This document shows, one piece after another, positions 51,201 through 59,086 of a stretch of 64,000 nucleotides of DNA. Source of the stretch: Enoplolaimus lenunculus (taxonomy: Eukaryota); the NCBI GenBank assembly GCA_030248215.1, contig JASANG010001128.1:1-64000 (forward strand). The letters are read 5' to 3'. Numbering within the stretch: position 1 is the stretch's first letter; each line of letters starts with the position of its first letter. The notes under the pieces were generated by a model. It ran no database searches, was not told the DNA's origin, and saw nothing but the letters and a program-made list of their open reading frames with translations. The position numbers and the translations under genes are program-made.

Positions 51201-54200
51201 TGTTTCAAATGATTATCCATTGTGTTATAAACATACTATTTGCAAACCCTATTTAAGAATTTTATTTGCAATGGTCAACGGGGGATAATCCCCAGCCCAG
51301 CATATAGCCAGACTACCCCATCGCCGTAGGGGCCGCTCCTGGTAGCTGTGCAGACAGCCGCAGGTTTTGCGTTTTTTACTTTTTTTTATTTTTAAAGGCA
51401 CAATTATATTATAAAATCATAAAATATTGCAAAGTTACGGCGATAATATGCAAATTGCTATAATGTACAATCATGATGTCTTCTTTCCGTTTTTCAATAT
51501 GTGGTTTTGTTGACACGCTCCACCACCATAATTTTAAGTGCACGGTCTATACATCTACAAGTTGACTCAAGGAGTTTTTGTTTCCTTATTTTCAAAGTAA
51601 TATTGTTTATAAATAAAAAATTTGCCAGCTTTCATATAAATAAAGCTTGTATATGGCAATTTAACACTGCCCTTTATAAATGCCATTTGCATTTATCAAA
51701 AGGGCCCCGTGTTTAAACGTTTAGCAAACAAATGGTCATAAATGTCAAATAAGCAGACCATCTGTGCAAAAGTTTTTTCGGTGGTATCCGGAGCATTCCA
51801 TATCAAACCATTTCACGAATCGCAATCATGTCTTCAGTTTTACCCCCACAGTTAATAAACGAAGCATGACTAATTATTTCATGAGCATTATTACAAGTTA
51901 TTCATTATTCATTTCATCTAATAAACTCATAAAATCAATATCATTTATACAGTAATGACCATAAGCATACGAAGTTATACCATCATTTAAAATGTGGCGC
52001 TTATCATCGAAGGCACTTAAACCTACTTTGTTCTGGCTTATTGTATGCATTATATGTTTTTCTGATCTGATATATTTCATTAAATGTCTTTGCTTTGTAT
52101 GGTTAAACAAAGCATTTACATAATTTTTATGACAAATATCATTTTTCACTACACATTTTTTAATCCCTTTTGCTCGTTTCTTTTCAGTATCCCCACATTT
52201 TATACTATACATTTTCGATCTAAGCCCAACAAACTCATCAATCGGTTCTCCTGCAGTTTCATCTTTCATTTTTCCCAAAACCTTTTTGTTTTTAGTTGAA
52301 AATAATGGGTGGTTAGGTGGGTAATCACTAGTATCGAAATTATCTTCATTCAATTTTATATCATTATAAATATCCTTAGTTTTTACAGCATAACATAAGG
52401 AGTCAGTATCCGTAAATAACAATTTACATTTATCACCATACATGCTTTTCATATAATCATAATGAAAGTGATACATTAATGATTTTGATAAATCTAATAC
52501 AGTAAAACCGACATATATCGGTTTACATAATCTAATGGTTTTTCTTTGCATTTTAACAGCAACTAGGTTTTCATTGAAAATTTGCGATCTTTGGTATCTA
52601 GGGCTAGCTACAAGTTTTACAAATTTGTGTTCGTCGGTTACTAATTTTATATCTACGTAACCACGAACATTTTCCATTGTTTTCCCAAATACTGCATTGT
52701 TTAACAGTTTAAATAAATCTTTTTCGAAATCACTTTTAGCGCTTTTGCGCATTTCAGTAATAAACCTAATATAAGATTCCATCCAGTCACATTGAAAAAA
52801 TGAAACCACTCTATGAACATGCACTAATTTCAAACCTAAACGTAAGTAAAGTTGTAAATTTTTCAAGTGAACAATATAACGTTTCTTATCATGTAAATTG
52901 GGTACTAACTTATTAACCGAAGTATTATAACGTTCCTTTGAAAAGGGTGCAAGAAAGATTTTTTGGGCAGGGGCTAAAAACATTTCAGGAGGGGCATACA
53001 AAAATTTTCGATTACTTGGCAAGCAAGGTTATGCATTTTTTAGAAGGTTCAAAAAATTTTCTAGGGTAGGCTGAACCCGCCCCTGGCCCCGTCCGTCTAC
53101 GGGTGCGTCACTTACGCATTTGAATAGCGATCAGTGTTTCGGACAGTTTACTGGTCAACAAAGGTTCAGGTAAATCGCGGAAATACTGTTTAACCAAATC
53201 GGCAACATCGTACACTTGTGACGCGTCAAATGATACAAGATCTGAAAATTGCACATTGCACACTTATTTACTGCAATTTTGTGCAATTTGAAATTAGAAC
53301 TTTGAAAAATTTTGCATATTCTTCGACACAAGGACGTAGCCACGATTTCGTTTCGGAAGGAGATAATCACGTATGAAGCGTTCTTTGACCAGAGAGTCAA
53401 GTGAGCGAGAATTTGTTTTTGACATCTGCTGGGTATTCTACAGCGTGTAAAAGGTTCGTTTTCCGAGTCTTTTCGGAAATTTTGGGGGTATCCCCTATAA
53501 ACCTAAATGTATAAATCACTGTGTAGAATGCTTTTCAACGGGGCTTTGCCCTGCTTAGCTCAGTAGTGACGGAGTTATCGTTTTTCAATTTCAGGTCTGC
53601 TTATGTTGTACTTACGCGAATTGCCAGATTCGTTAATGTGTAACAATCTTTACGACGCGTGGATCAGCGCTGTTTGTTTTAAGTAATTAATGACATTAAT
53701 AAAACGAGACAATTTGTGTTCATTTCTTAATTTACTCAAAATATAACAAACAAATTTAAATATTTCATTTCGGAATTGAAATACATCTATTGACTGTTTG
53801 TGATCGCATCATTTTAATCTTTAAAAGACAGAGATAAAAAATGTTCGCAAATGAGCGTAGTCGAGAAAATTTGTTCTTACAGATAGAAGCACAGTAGAAG
53901 GTCAGTATTAATGGCCCGATATGAAGATCAGAGGCGGAATGTTTTCTGAGGGACTGCAGTAGAGTACGGTTAAGCTATAAACTAATGTTGTGCTTCAGAC
54001 TTAATCTTAAGCCATTCTTGGCCGAAACAGTCGTTCAAAATCGTGTATATGAAAGTGTTTTTATCAGTGCCGTGTTTAAGGTATGATGGCCCCCAAAGTC
54101 AATATGAGGGACCCCCTAAAGTCAATTTGAGATGCCCATAAGGTCAATACCCCTACGTTCGAGTTCTTTTTGAGGTCCTATATACTTTACTGGTCGATTC

Positions 54201-56977
54201 AAAAAATATCTGTTTCGGTATACACTACCATAACGACGGATCCACGATTTTCCCACGGGTCAATTTTAAATCGCGTCTTTAGTAATTTTTCCTATTTGTT
54301 TAACGTTGATTAACAGCGATGAAGATGGAAAAAAATTTGAATTCGTGACGTAACCTAAACCTAACCATTAATTGCCAGCTTTATTCGACTACAAAACACA
54401 TTGCGAGTGTTTAAATGAGAGACATTTGGTCCCGCAAAATTGTCAGCGGTGCCGTACTTCTCCCTCCCTCTGGATCCGCCTGTTGGATGCTGGTAGTAAC
54501 GGGGTGACCGAGTTGCAGTGAGCGAGAATTCCCTTAATTGATTTGAAATTTGTCTTTTTTTGGTGTTTAAGATTTGACGAAACAAGCCGTATCGTTGAAT
54601 TAAAACAAATATTAAAGCGGTTACCCAGAAGCAATTATATCAACTTAAGGTAAGATTCAGTGCTGTGGTAAATTTTGCTCTGGTCAGACATTTTCACCCG
54701 CGGGAATTGGACTGCGATGCGCCGGCACAACTTTGGAGCTGTACACTGGTATGCTTGATATCATGGAACATGGTCGAAGCGAGGATTTCCGGCCCATGTA
54801 AAGATCAGGGACGGAACGCTTTTCTGTGGGGCTGCAATAAGCTTAAGCTTTAGACTAATTTTATGGCTTAGGCGTAGGCTTACGTATAAGTTTATTCTTA
54901 AACTTATGCTTAGATATAACTTTATCCTTACGCTTAGACTTAGGGTTTGAAATATGCTTATACTACTGTACGGCCCTGTTTCACACATTGGCAGGGTTTC
55001 CTATCAGAAGGGTGTATGCTTAACCAATCAGAATTTAAGATGTAAATTTTCTTAATAAATTAAACCGTTTGTAGGTGGTACTTTGTTCGATTCCTCTGCA
55101 AACATTTTAGGTCTACGTAACTTGCAATGTTAGCTGCTGTTATAAGCATCTGTATTTATTTTTAGATATCTGATTAACTTCTTCAAGGAAGTATCAAAAT
55201 ATTCTGCTGAAAACAAAATGTCCGCTTCAAATTTAGCAATTGTTATCGCACCTGATTTGATGCACCCGCAGCATCGTGGAGGGTATGTTTGATCTCGAGG
55301 GTCGGCCTTCAGAGACGGCCAGGGCCCTAATTTTTGTTAAACCATTACGGTAGCTAAAAAGGGTTCGTTCATCTGAGGCATGTAAAAATATTCACTGGAC
55401 GTTTAAAAATTTAAAAAACATTGCCATTGTACCTTACATTTTTGCAGTGTTTGCACGAATTTTACATTTTTATTTCAATTGATACAATCACAACATATCC
55501 TGTTATTACAACTAACAATAATGGAATTTCAGGTAATTCTATAACGGAAACGAACATCGATTTTTACCGGAAACGGAGTCAAATATCCGGTTACACGCTT
55601 GTAGCTTGGAGATTTTAATTTTGCCATGTTTAAGCTGTACAACGTTGCAAAAATTACTTTTTCCAATCGTGTTCTATGAAATCATGACGTCCCTTGTTGG
55701 TAACGTGACGGGCTCGTAGCCAAGGGGGGGGCAGGGGGATCAGCTCTCCAGGAAAAATTTTGGCCCCCCTAGAATATTTTCAACATTGCTTGTAAAGTCA
55801 TAGAAAACCCTTGAATGCCGATCTTGAAAAAGTTTTAGCCCCCTCCCTGGCAAGGTGAGATGGCTATGGGCCTGTAAACGTGTCCATTTGTTTGGGGAGG
55901 GAATCTTTACACACCCTTAATTATTAATATATTTGTGTTCTGAATTTAGAATTGCAGCGTACGACAAATGCAACAAAGTTGTCGAAATGTTTCTGCGTTT
56001 TGCTGACGAGCTTTTCAACCAGGGTAAACAATAATTAAGGCTTAAGTTTAGGCTTAGACTTAGGCTAAAGGCTAGGCTAAACTGCAAGGTTCCGACTGGA
56101 ACTAGATTTTGTCGCAAGCGGAATCGGAATCGGAATAAAATTTTTCTGTCGGAACCGGAATCGAAATCGGAATCAAGTTTTTGTAATTTTATTAAAAGGT
56201 TAAAAGTGTATGACGTTTAACTTTTGTTGCAGTATGCCTGTTTCCGTTACTGTTCAGTTTTAGTAAAAAATTGTTTATATTGCTGAAGGAATACGCGTAC
56301 AACTCGGAATATTTACTAAGAATAAATCAACAGAATAATTGCAAATGAACGAAACAAAACGAAACAAACAAAATCTATGTTCAATCATCTTAAAAACTCA
56401 TAACCGAAAAATTACAATTCCGGCATCAGAACAGCAGTCAGCCGGAATCGAAATCGGAAGTCAAATTTTGCCGGAATTTTAGCCGGAATCGGAAATCCTA
56501 TGGAACCCTGCTAAACTGTAATGTTTTACTGCGCACCGTACATAAAGCGCAGTTCTTCGCCGCATGACGACGCAACCATAAATAAATTATGTCGCCGCGT
56601 TCCAGGTATAATATTGAAATTAAAAAATCACTGCAAATAGTTCGTGATTTTGTGTGCCTACTCTAATCACCAACTCCGCGTATAAGTCCGTATTTCAATG
56701 ACGATATTTCTCTCCGGTTCACACCTACAAGCACAAGTTATACACTTTATTTGCAGGCCTGTGCACAGGTCAACAAGCTAAGACACCGAAACAAATTTAG
56801 GATGGATATGCAGAGGATTTGAAAAAACGTAAATACAAAACTTAAACATTTCCAGGGACGCCAAAACGTTTTCAGTGGGACTAAGACCCCGTGGGGCTGA
56901 TCTGGACACGGGCGCCCATTTCTTTAAACATTTAACTGTCTTGGTATAATTGATTTATTTTTTCAGCGGAATCATGA
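24222..56977 (+). CDS. Spliced host gene: N-terminal BAR-like helical region + RhoGAP (SH3BP1/ARHGAP17/ARHGAP44-like), about 415 aa
   Basis: Phase-consistent GT-AG exons: 24222-24247, 27019-27148, 29681-29727, (30798-30821?), 31713-31818, 32450-32586, 33283-33328, 35019-35087, 36240-36321, 37729-37859, 39676-39787, 53595-53682, 54572-54649, 55166-55282, 55950-56023, 56967-56977. Motifs VFGRSLEAHL, GLFRVSG (arginine finger), YLRELPD, LPRSNYINLRYL, NKMSASNLAIVIAPDL. RhoGAP exons are firm; 5' exons and start codon less so. Confidence 0.85.
24576..24700 (+). mobile_element. tRNA-derived SINE-like repeat
   Basis: A-box-like TAGCTGAGTAGTG and B box GTTCGAATCC; rearranged second copy at ~61640-61830. 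Confidence 0.55.
24918..25255. repeat. AT-rich TTAAAC/GTTTAA foldback repeat
   Basis: Related copies at ~30848-31196 (inverted) and ~43310-43535. Confidence 0.6.
27161..27429. mobile_element. MITE with internal (TTAGGC)n; TIR GGCC(C/A)ATGTATAGAACA
   Basis: TIRs and 8-bp TSD GTTGAATT; more than 15 related copies or fragments in the window. Confidence 0.85.
31493..31696. mobile_element. (TTAGGC)n-containing MITE
   Basis: TIR GGCCCATGTATAGAACAGGG at both ends; TSD CATTTTCG/TATTTTCG. Confidence 0.85.
33866..34054. mobile_element. (TTAGGC)n-containing MITE
   Basis: Same TIR family; TSD GAACTTCA/GAAGCTCA. Confidence 0.75.
34337..34808. mobile_element. TIR element (TACTGTATTGACCCGAATAAGAGGGGG) nested in a TTAGGC MITE
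   Basis: Inverted ends; right end tandemly duplicated (~59 bp); short relative at ~36012-36227. Confidence 0.75.
40648..41090 (-). pseudogene. Basic, low-complexity ORF, probably frameshifted; possibly part of the Polinton
   Basis: ORF 40794-41090 continues in another frame as ...SPETRRTVISNLITQTAQNAPATKKPRRSPRLQQQK...RRRFGQKETP*. Confidence 0.35.
41218..41885. repeat. Higher-order tandem repeat: 3 x 187-bp units built from ~27-bp subunits
   Basis: TGGCGTCA recurs at 41293, 41481, 41668, 41855; subunit approximately TTTTTGAGGGTAATTAAATGGCGTCAC. Confidence 0.9.
42018..42051 (+). promoter_or_regulatory. Canonical TATA box + TCAGT initiator
   Basis: TATAAAAG at 42018-42025 and TCAGT at 42047-42051 (31 nt from TATA start to the A), ATG at 42059. 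Confidence 0.65.
42059..42346 (+). CDS. Intronless 95-aa protein with toxin-RNase-like pattern
   Basis: AAAAATG context, own core promoter; H.V.TH...K, P, F..VIG...G...LVV....VTA pattern resembles small polymorphic-toxin RNase domains (by eye only). Confidence 0.55.
   Translation: MNKLTINSHLVQTHTGDSVAFGKNRLLYNFREVCAEAYNFPDDVRQGAKGRLVFCKEFNNVIGYDPDGYPGRVLALVVKKNHAVTAMVYAGWEYM
44459..44569. repeat. 111-bp GC-rich structured repeat, copy A
   Basis: One mismatch relative to 51258-51368. Confidence 0.9.
44588..45243 (-). pseudogene. Putative membrane/secreted protein pseudogene (copy A)
   Basis: MDNKRLFICICALFSAVIIEMILLLVNV hydrophobic N-terminus, premature stop, frameshift near 44760, hydrophobic C-terminus; paralog at ~51400-51890. 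Confidence 0.55.
45275..46565 (-). pseudogene. Major capsid protein (double jelly-roll, hexon-like), frameshifted
   Basis: Starts MAQKACSLEKL...; segments DLIDLSRMYTYIDLQI, ALFSSVEMKING, LPRRIHIWG..DAYTG..DKNLFRF, DLSKD; ends EFTGELRINANREV; frameshifts near 46450, 45920 and 45370. Confidence 0.85.
46541..46702 (-). CDS. Small Lys/Arg-rich protein (53 aa), candidate virion core/DNA-binding protein
   Basis: MARPLCLNASGHASAVVYKKETKRLLKRRKTKKLKKGRKTTNKRKKWRKRRAV; lies between minor and major capsid genes; has the upstream CTTAAAAAGG motif. Confidence 0.6.
   Translation of the reverse strand: MARPLCLNASGHASAVVYKKETKRLLKRRKTKKLKKGRKTTNKRKKWRKRRAV
46748..47368 (-). pseudogene. Minor capsid protein (penton-like), frameshifted
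   Basis: Fragments 47174-47368 and 46748-46996; C-terminus KTLKFEILDSLFKPVKF...LILRLWF resembles Polinton mCP; expected position. Confidence 0.65.
47382..47903 (-). CDS. TATA-binding protein (TBP) homolog, core domain only, element-encoded
   Basis: Two TBP repeats: VTNLTVTCDL..LDL / YDSRMFTGGIW / TALVFSNGKMNLVGVKS and LRNVVGLID / VLLIFRTGNVIVTG; intronless. Confidence 0.88.
   Translation of the reverse strand: MKQTVTNLTVTCDLMCTLDLYELYIVIDAFMYDSRMFTGGIWKFKKGGTALVFSNGKMNLVGVKSMDKAEVLITEIKDTFKSIGYELNEIYELQLRNVVGLIDTELKLKFPKVYELWRYRYRAFHEPVKVNLHFGVLLIFRTGNVIVTGCNSFDDYNCCIDTAYNMLKSVQCL
47884..48399 (-). CDS. NADAR (YbiA-like) family hydrolase
   Basis: FSNF, EQWYQSEKARYFGD, KQIGK, AKVQQH, IAEASEYDNYWGIG, WTGSNTLGKLWMEVR. 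Confidence 0.9.
   Translation of the reverse strand: MEHTIHCFDVNGEPLVLFKSGWSTFSNFNICKVIIDGKCYVCNEQWYQSEKARYFGDNEAYKAIMRAYRPRQHKQIGKMIKNYDMNKWLNEGLANNIMKKGLLAKVQQHEHVKKELVKTGCAVIAEASEYDNYWGIGVSITDKLSRDISKWTGSNTLGKLWMEVRDETNSN
48472..48882 (-). CDS. Polinton hypothetical protein (~135 aa)
   Basis: Intact ORF within the element gene row; LPKNLRKKG..., GSNIFDLLKY; start may be 48882 or 48870. Confidence 0.65.
   Translation of the reverse strand: MARKMAVVPMSWLDALKNNKLSNTEITQPAEVTVIEETQTNLIQMLPKNLRKKGELMVANIKDLKLNENNKVVYPDNTVGSNIFDLLKYFVSDINFSPPRPLDSEKFEKLLINVPAAAFGRGRNKHKPEQTWKQLF
48928..49140 (-). CDS. Small Polinton hypothetical protein (70 aa, possibly 3'-frameshifted)
   Basis: AAAATGG start directly after the ATPase; LLRAFSEIAYNAL helix; upstream CTTAAAAAGC motif. 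Confidence 0.6.
   Translation of the reverse strand: MAIAKNLATLKYLNEASPKIIRLIVKFASPSLLRAFSEIAYNALEYTSVNRQTLKTLLVNEYQMLENVNF
49171..49941 (-). CDS. A32/FtsK-like genome packaging ATPase with N-terminal zinc-finger-like motif
   Basis: Walker A GQTGCGKT, Walker B ICILDD, RH and TQN motifs; CPNCFRAYTSRQHLHRHRKKC at the N-terminus. Confidence 0.9.
   Translation of the reverse strand: MAYICPNCFRAYTSRQHLHRHRKKCRVKVQNTQNTFQFEMQTTADCIENGCLPLELPFTCVVSGQTGCGKTYWLFRLLKSNLFDKKVDKILFCYGIFQDIYTKFLSEIPNLELFEGIPNEFPTSENQTICILDDLMLEAANDKQLAAAFSKLRHNRLSTIFVTQNLYHEGKYMRTITRNAQYMVLFPNFRDRSMICTLGRQMWPSRPNFLTNAFEQATVKPYGYIFLDLKAATNENLRVRECILPEDGQMFVYVYA
50159..51220 (-). CDS. Retroviral-like (rve) integrase with C-terminal chromodomain
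   Basis: DDE motifs QADLAD, QTDSGKEF, AERFIRTLK; chromodomain YKIEKVL...EYLVKWLGYP...NSWV; intact. Confidence 0.95.
   Translation of the reverse strand: MDNHLKQIFYNPKNVAGFSNAKKLYKEARQQGIKVRLRDVKEWLIGEETYTLHKPRRLRFKRRRTVVKGIGDLYQADLADMSHLSTLNDGFKYLLVVIDCFTKYVWVVPVKNKTGNTILDALKTVFDNSKPNNFQTDSGKEFVNHLVYEYCKSRNINVYTAKNKETKASIAERFIRTLKGKLYKLLTYKNRGRYIDDLQKVVQAYNNTENRYGFTPAQVNKQNEDSVREKLFPARDIDVRYKFMLDDVVRISKERVPFERGFNQLWSREVFSVTKQLPFTPAVYEIADANSEPILGRFYAQELQKVKVLDEQYKIEKVLKKRKTNKGTEYLVKWLGYPSTMNSWVHEKDMVPV
51258..51368. repeat. 111-bp GC-rich structured repeat, copy B
   Basis: Direct repeat of 44459-44569. Confidence 0.9.
51400..51890 (-). pseudogene. Degraded paralog (copy B) of the putative membrane protein
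   Basis: Shared blocks NCGGKTE, AQMV.LFDI.D.LF, INA.GIY.G, CH..ALF..KLA.F, ES.C.CI.RAL. Confidence 0.55.
51898..52942 (-). pseudogene. Protein-primed family B DNA polymerase, C-terminal fragment (5'-truncated)
   Basis: KLLNNAVFGKT, FTDTDS, GKMKDE, EFVGLRSKMYS, AKGI, FDDKR; upstream part replaced by a MITE-like sequence at ~52943-53105. Confidence 0.92.
54791..54993. mobile_element. (TTAGGC)n-family MITE
   Basis: TIRs; TSD GGATTTCC/GGGTTTCC. Confidence 0.8.
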
Positions 56978-57711
56978 ATTTCAAGCAAATTTGTAATGTT
57001 GAGCAAACGATAATGGCTGGGTCTCTGAAATCTTACTTAGATTATACTGAAGTGATTACTTAGTTGCCGACTTAAAAGTATATACTCAAATATCACGCAA
57101 CAAACAAATGCCAAATGTCAGTCATTGTCATAACAAGAAAGTGATAGGTTTTAATCTCAATAAGTCTAGAATTATAGTTAGACCAAGGTTAGTTAGGTGT
57201 TCGTTATGGAATATACTCATTCCTACGCTTAGGCTTAGGTTTAGTCTTAGGCTTAGACTTAGGAATATGCTTATAATACTGTTCCGCATCTCTTTTTGCA
57301 TTGGCCGATACACTTAATTGTCGAGGAAGCTGGTCTCGATGTTTTGTGGATTATGAAAATTCAAGAACAGGCCCGCGTAGCCAGCTCACCTTGCTGGGGG
57401 GTGGGTTGGCTAAACATTTTCAGAGAAGGGCTTATACCCCCATGGCTACGGGCCCGTTCAGGAAGCAAATTGATCAAGGATCGTAGTTTAAAGTTTACTG
57501 GTTAGAGTCACGTTCGTGGCTGTAACTGTTCATTATTCGGGTACCTTAGTGTCTTTCGGCTGTTATAAACGTTTAATTTACACAATTTGATGCAATTTAA
57601 TATATTTTAATTTGGTAAAAATCATAAAATTGCACAATCAAAGGATAGCAACCAATAGCAATAATCAACGTAAAATATTAAAATCATACACCAAGCAACA
57701 GAATAATAAAC

Positions 57712-58023
57712 GAATAGCGATCAAAATACCGGAACCAGAATAGCGATCAAAATACCGGAACCAGAATAGCGATCAAAATACCGGAACCAGAATAGCGATC
57801 AAAATACCGGAACCAGAATAGCGATCAAAATACCGGAACCAGAATAGCGATCAAAATACCGGAACCAGAATAGCGATCAAAATACCGGAACCAGAATAGC
57901 GATCAAAATACCGGAACCAGAATAGCGATCAAAATACCGGAACCAGAATAGCGATCAAAATACCGGAACCAGAATAGCGATCAAAATACCGGAACCAGAA
58001 TAGCGATCAAAATACCGGAACCA
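57712..58023. repeat. Perfect 26-bp tandem repeat x12 (GAATAGCGATCAAAATACCGGAACCA)
   Basis: 312 bp = 12 x 26. Confidence 0.95.
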
Positions 58024-58080
58024 AGACCGGAAACATGACATTAACAGGCGTGGATATGAAGTAGAAATTTGAACGAAACG

Positions 58081-58384
58081 TTGTTTGTTTGTTTATATGT
58101 TTGTTTATTTGTTTGTTTGTTTGTATGTTTGTTTGTTTGTATGTTTGTTTGTTCGTTTGTTTGTTTGTATGTTTGTTTGTTTGTATGTTTGTATGTTTGT
58201 TTGTTTGTATGTTTGTTTATTCGTTTGTTTGTTTGTATGTTTGTTTGTTTGTTTGTATGTTTGTATGTTTGTTTGTTTGTATGTTTGTTTGTATGTTTGT
58301 TTGTATGTTTGTTTGTTTGTATGTTTGTTTGTTTGTTTGTATGTTTGTATGTTTGTTTGTTTGTATGTTTGTTTGTTTGTTTGT
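58081..58384. repeat. (TTTG/TATG)n microsatellite
   Basis: Direct reading. Confidence 0.95.
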
Positions 58385-58755
58385 GAGTTTTGGCACAAAA
58401 ACCGTTTGCTTGTGATCGTCGCGATAAATGCTGTCGACGTCGGCGTCTCAACGAAAAACTCTGATCATTTCTGTACAATCAAAAACGACTGAATTTTGTA
58501 AGACAACGTAATTTTTGACTCATTTGTGAAAACTGGATGGAAAATGTATAATTTACTCTGTGCTTTTATACATTTACACTGTTAAACAAACGAGTGCTCT
58601 GTACGTAAAGCTGTCTTACATGAAGTGTTCCTGTACTCACCCAAAAAGCAAAATAGAGACAAACCCGGATAAGCCCGGATATAACAAAATTTTTTTCTCC
58701 GGTCCCGACAACTCTTCTATATCCGGGTTACACTGTTATTTGTTTCGAAATTTTT

Positions 58756-58962
58756 TTAAAACGCACTCGTGTTATTGTTCGAGCCATAGTTGTTGTTGTT
58801 ATTGTTTTGTGTCGAAAATGCCGTTCGCTCGTCTTGACTGCTACTCCTAACTCGAATCCGGGACGCATGTTGTTGTCCCAGCTGTTGTTGTTGGTGGTGG
58901 TGGTGTTGTTGTCCCAGCTGTTGTTGTAGTTGTTGTTGTTGTTGTTGTAGTTGTTGTTGTAG

Positions 58963-58999
<37 letters not shown>

Positions 59000-59001
59000 A
59001 G

Positions 59002-59041
<40 letters not shown>

Positions 59042-59055
59042 AGTTGTTGTTGTAG

Positions 59056-59086
<31 letters not shown>

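Larger units (their letters stand above)
44300..52945 (-). mobile_element. Polinton/Maverick (adintovirus-like) endogenous element, truncated and partly decayed
   Basis: Co-oriented intronless pPolB, rve integrase-chromodomain, packaging ATPase, minor and major capsid genes; TIRs/TSD not identified, boundaries approximate. Confidence 0.93.

Noticed and set aside
52943..53022. N-terminus of the PolB ORF
   Set aside because: Reads through MITE-like sequence; not polymerase-like
58041..58492. VCLF/QTNK repeat ORFs
   Set aside because: Microsatellite translation artefacts
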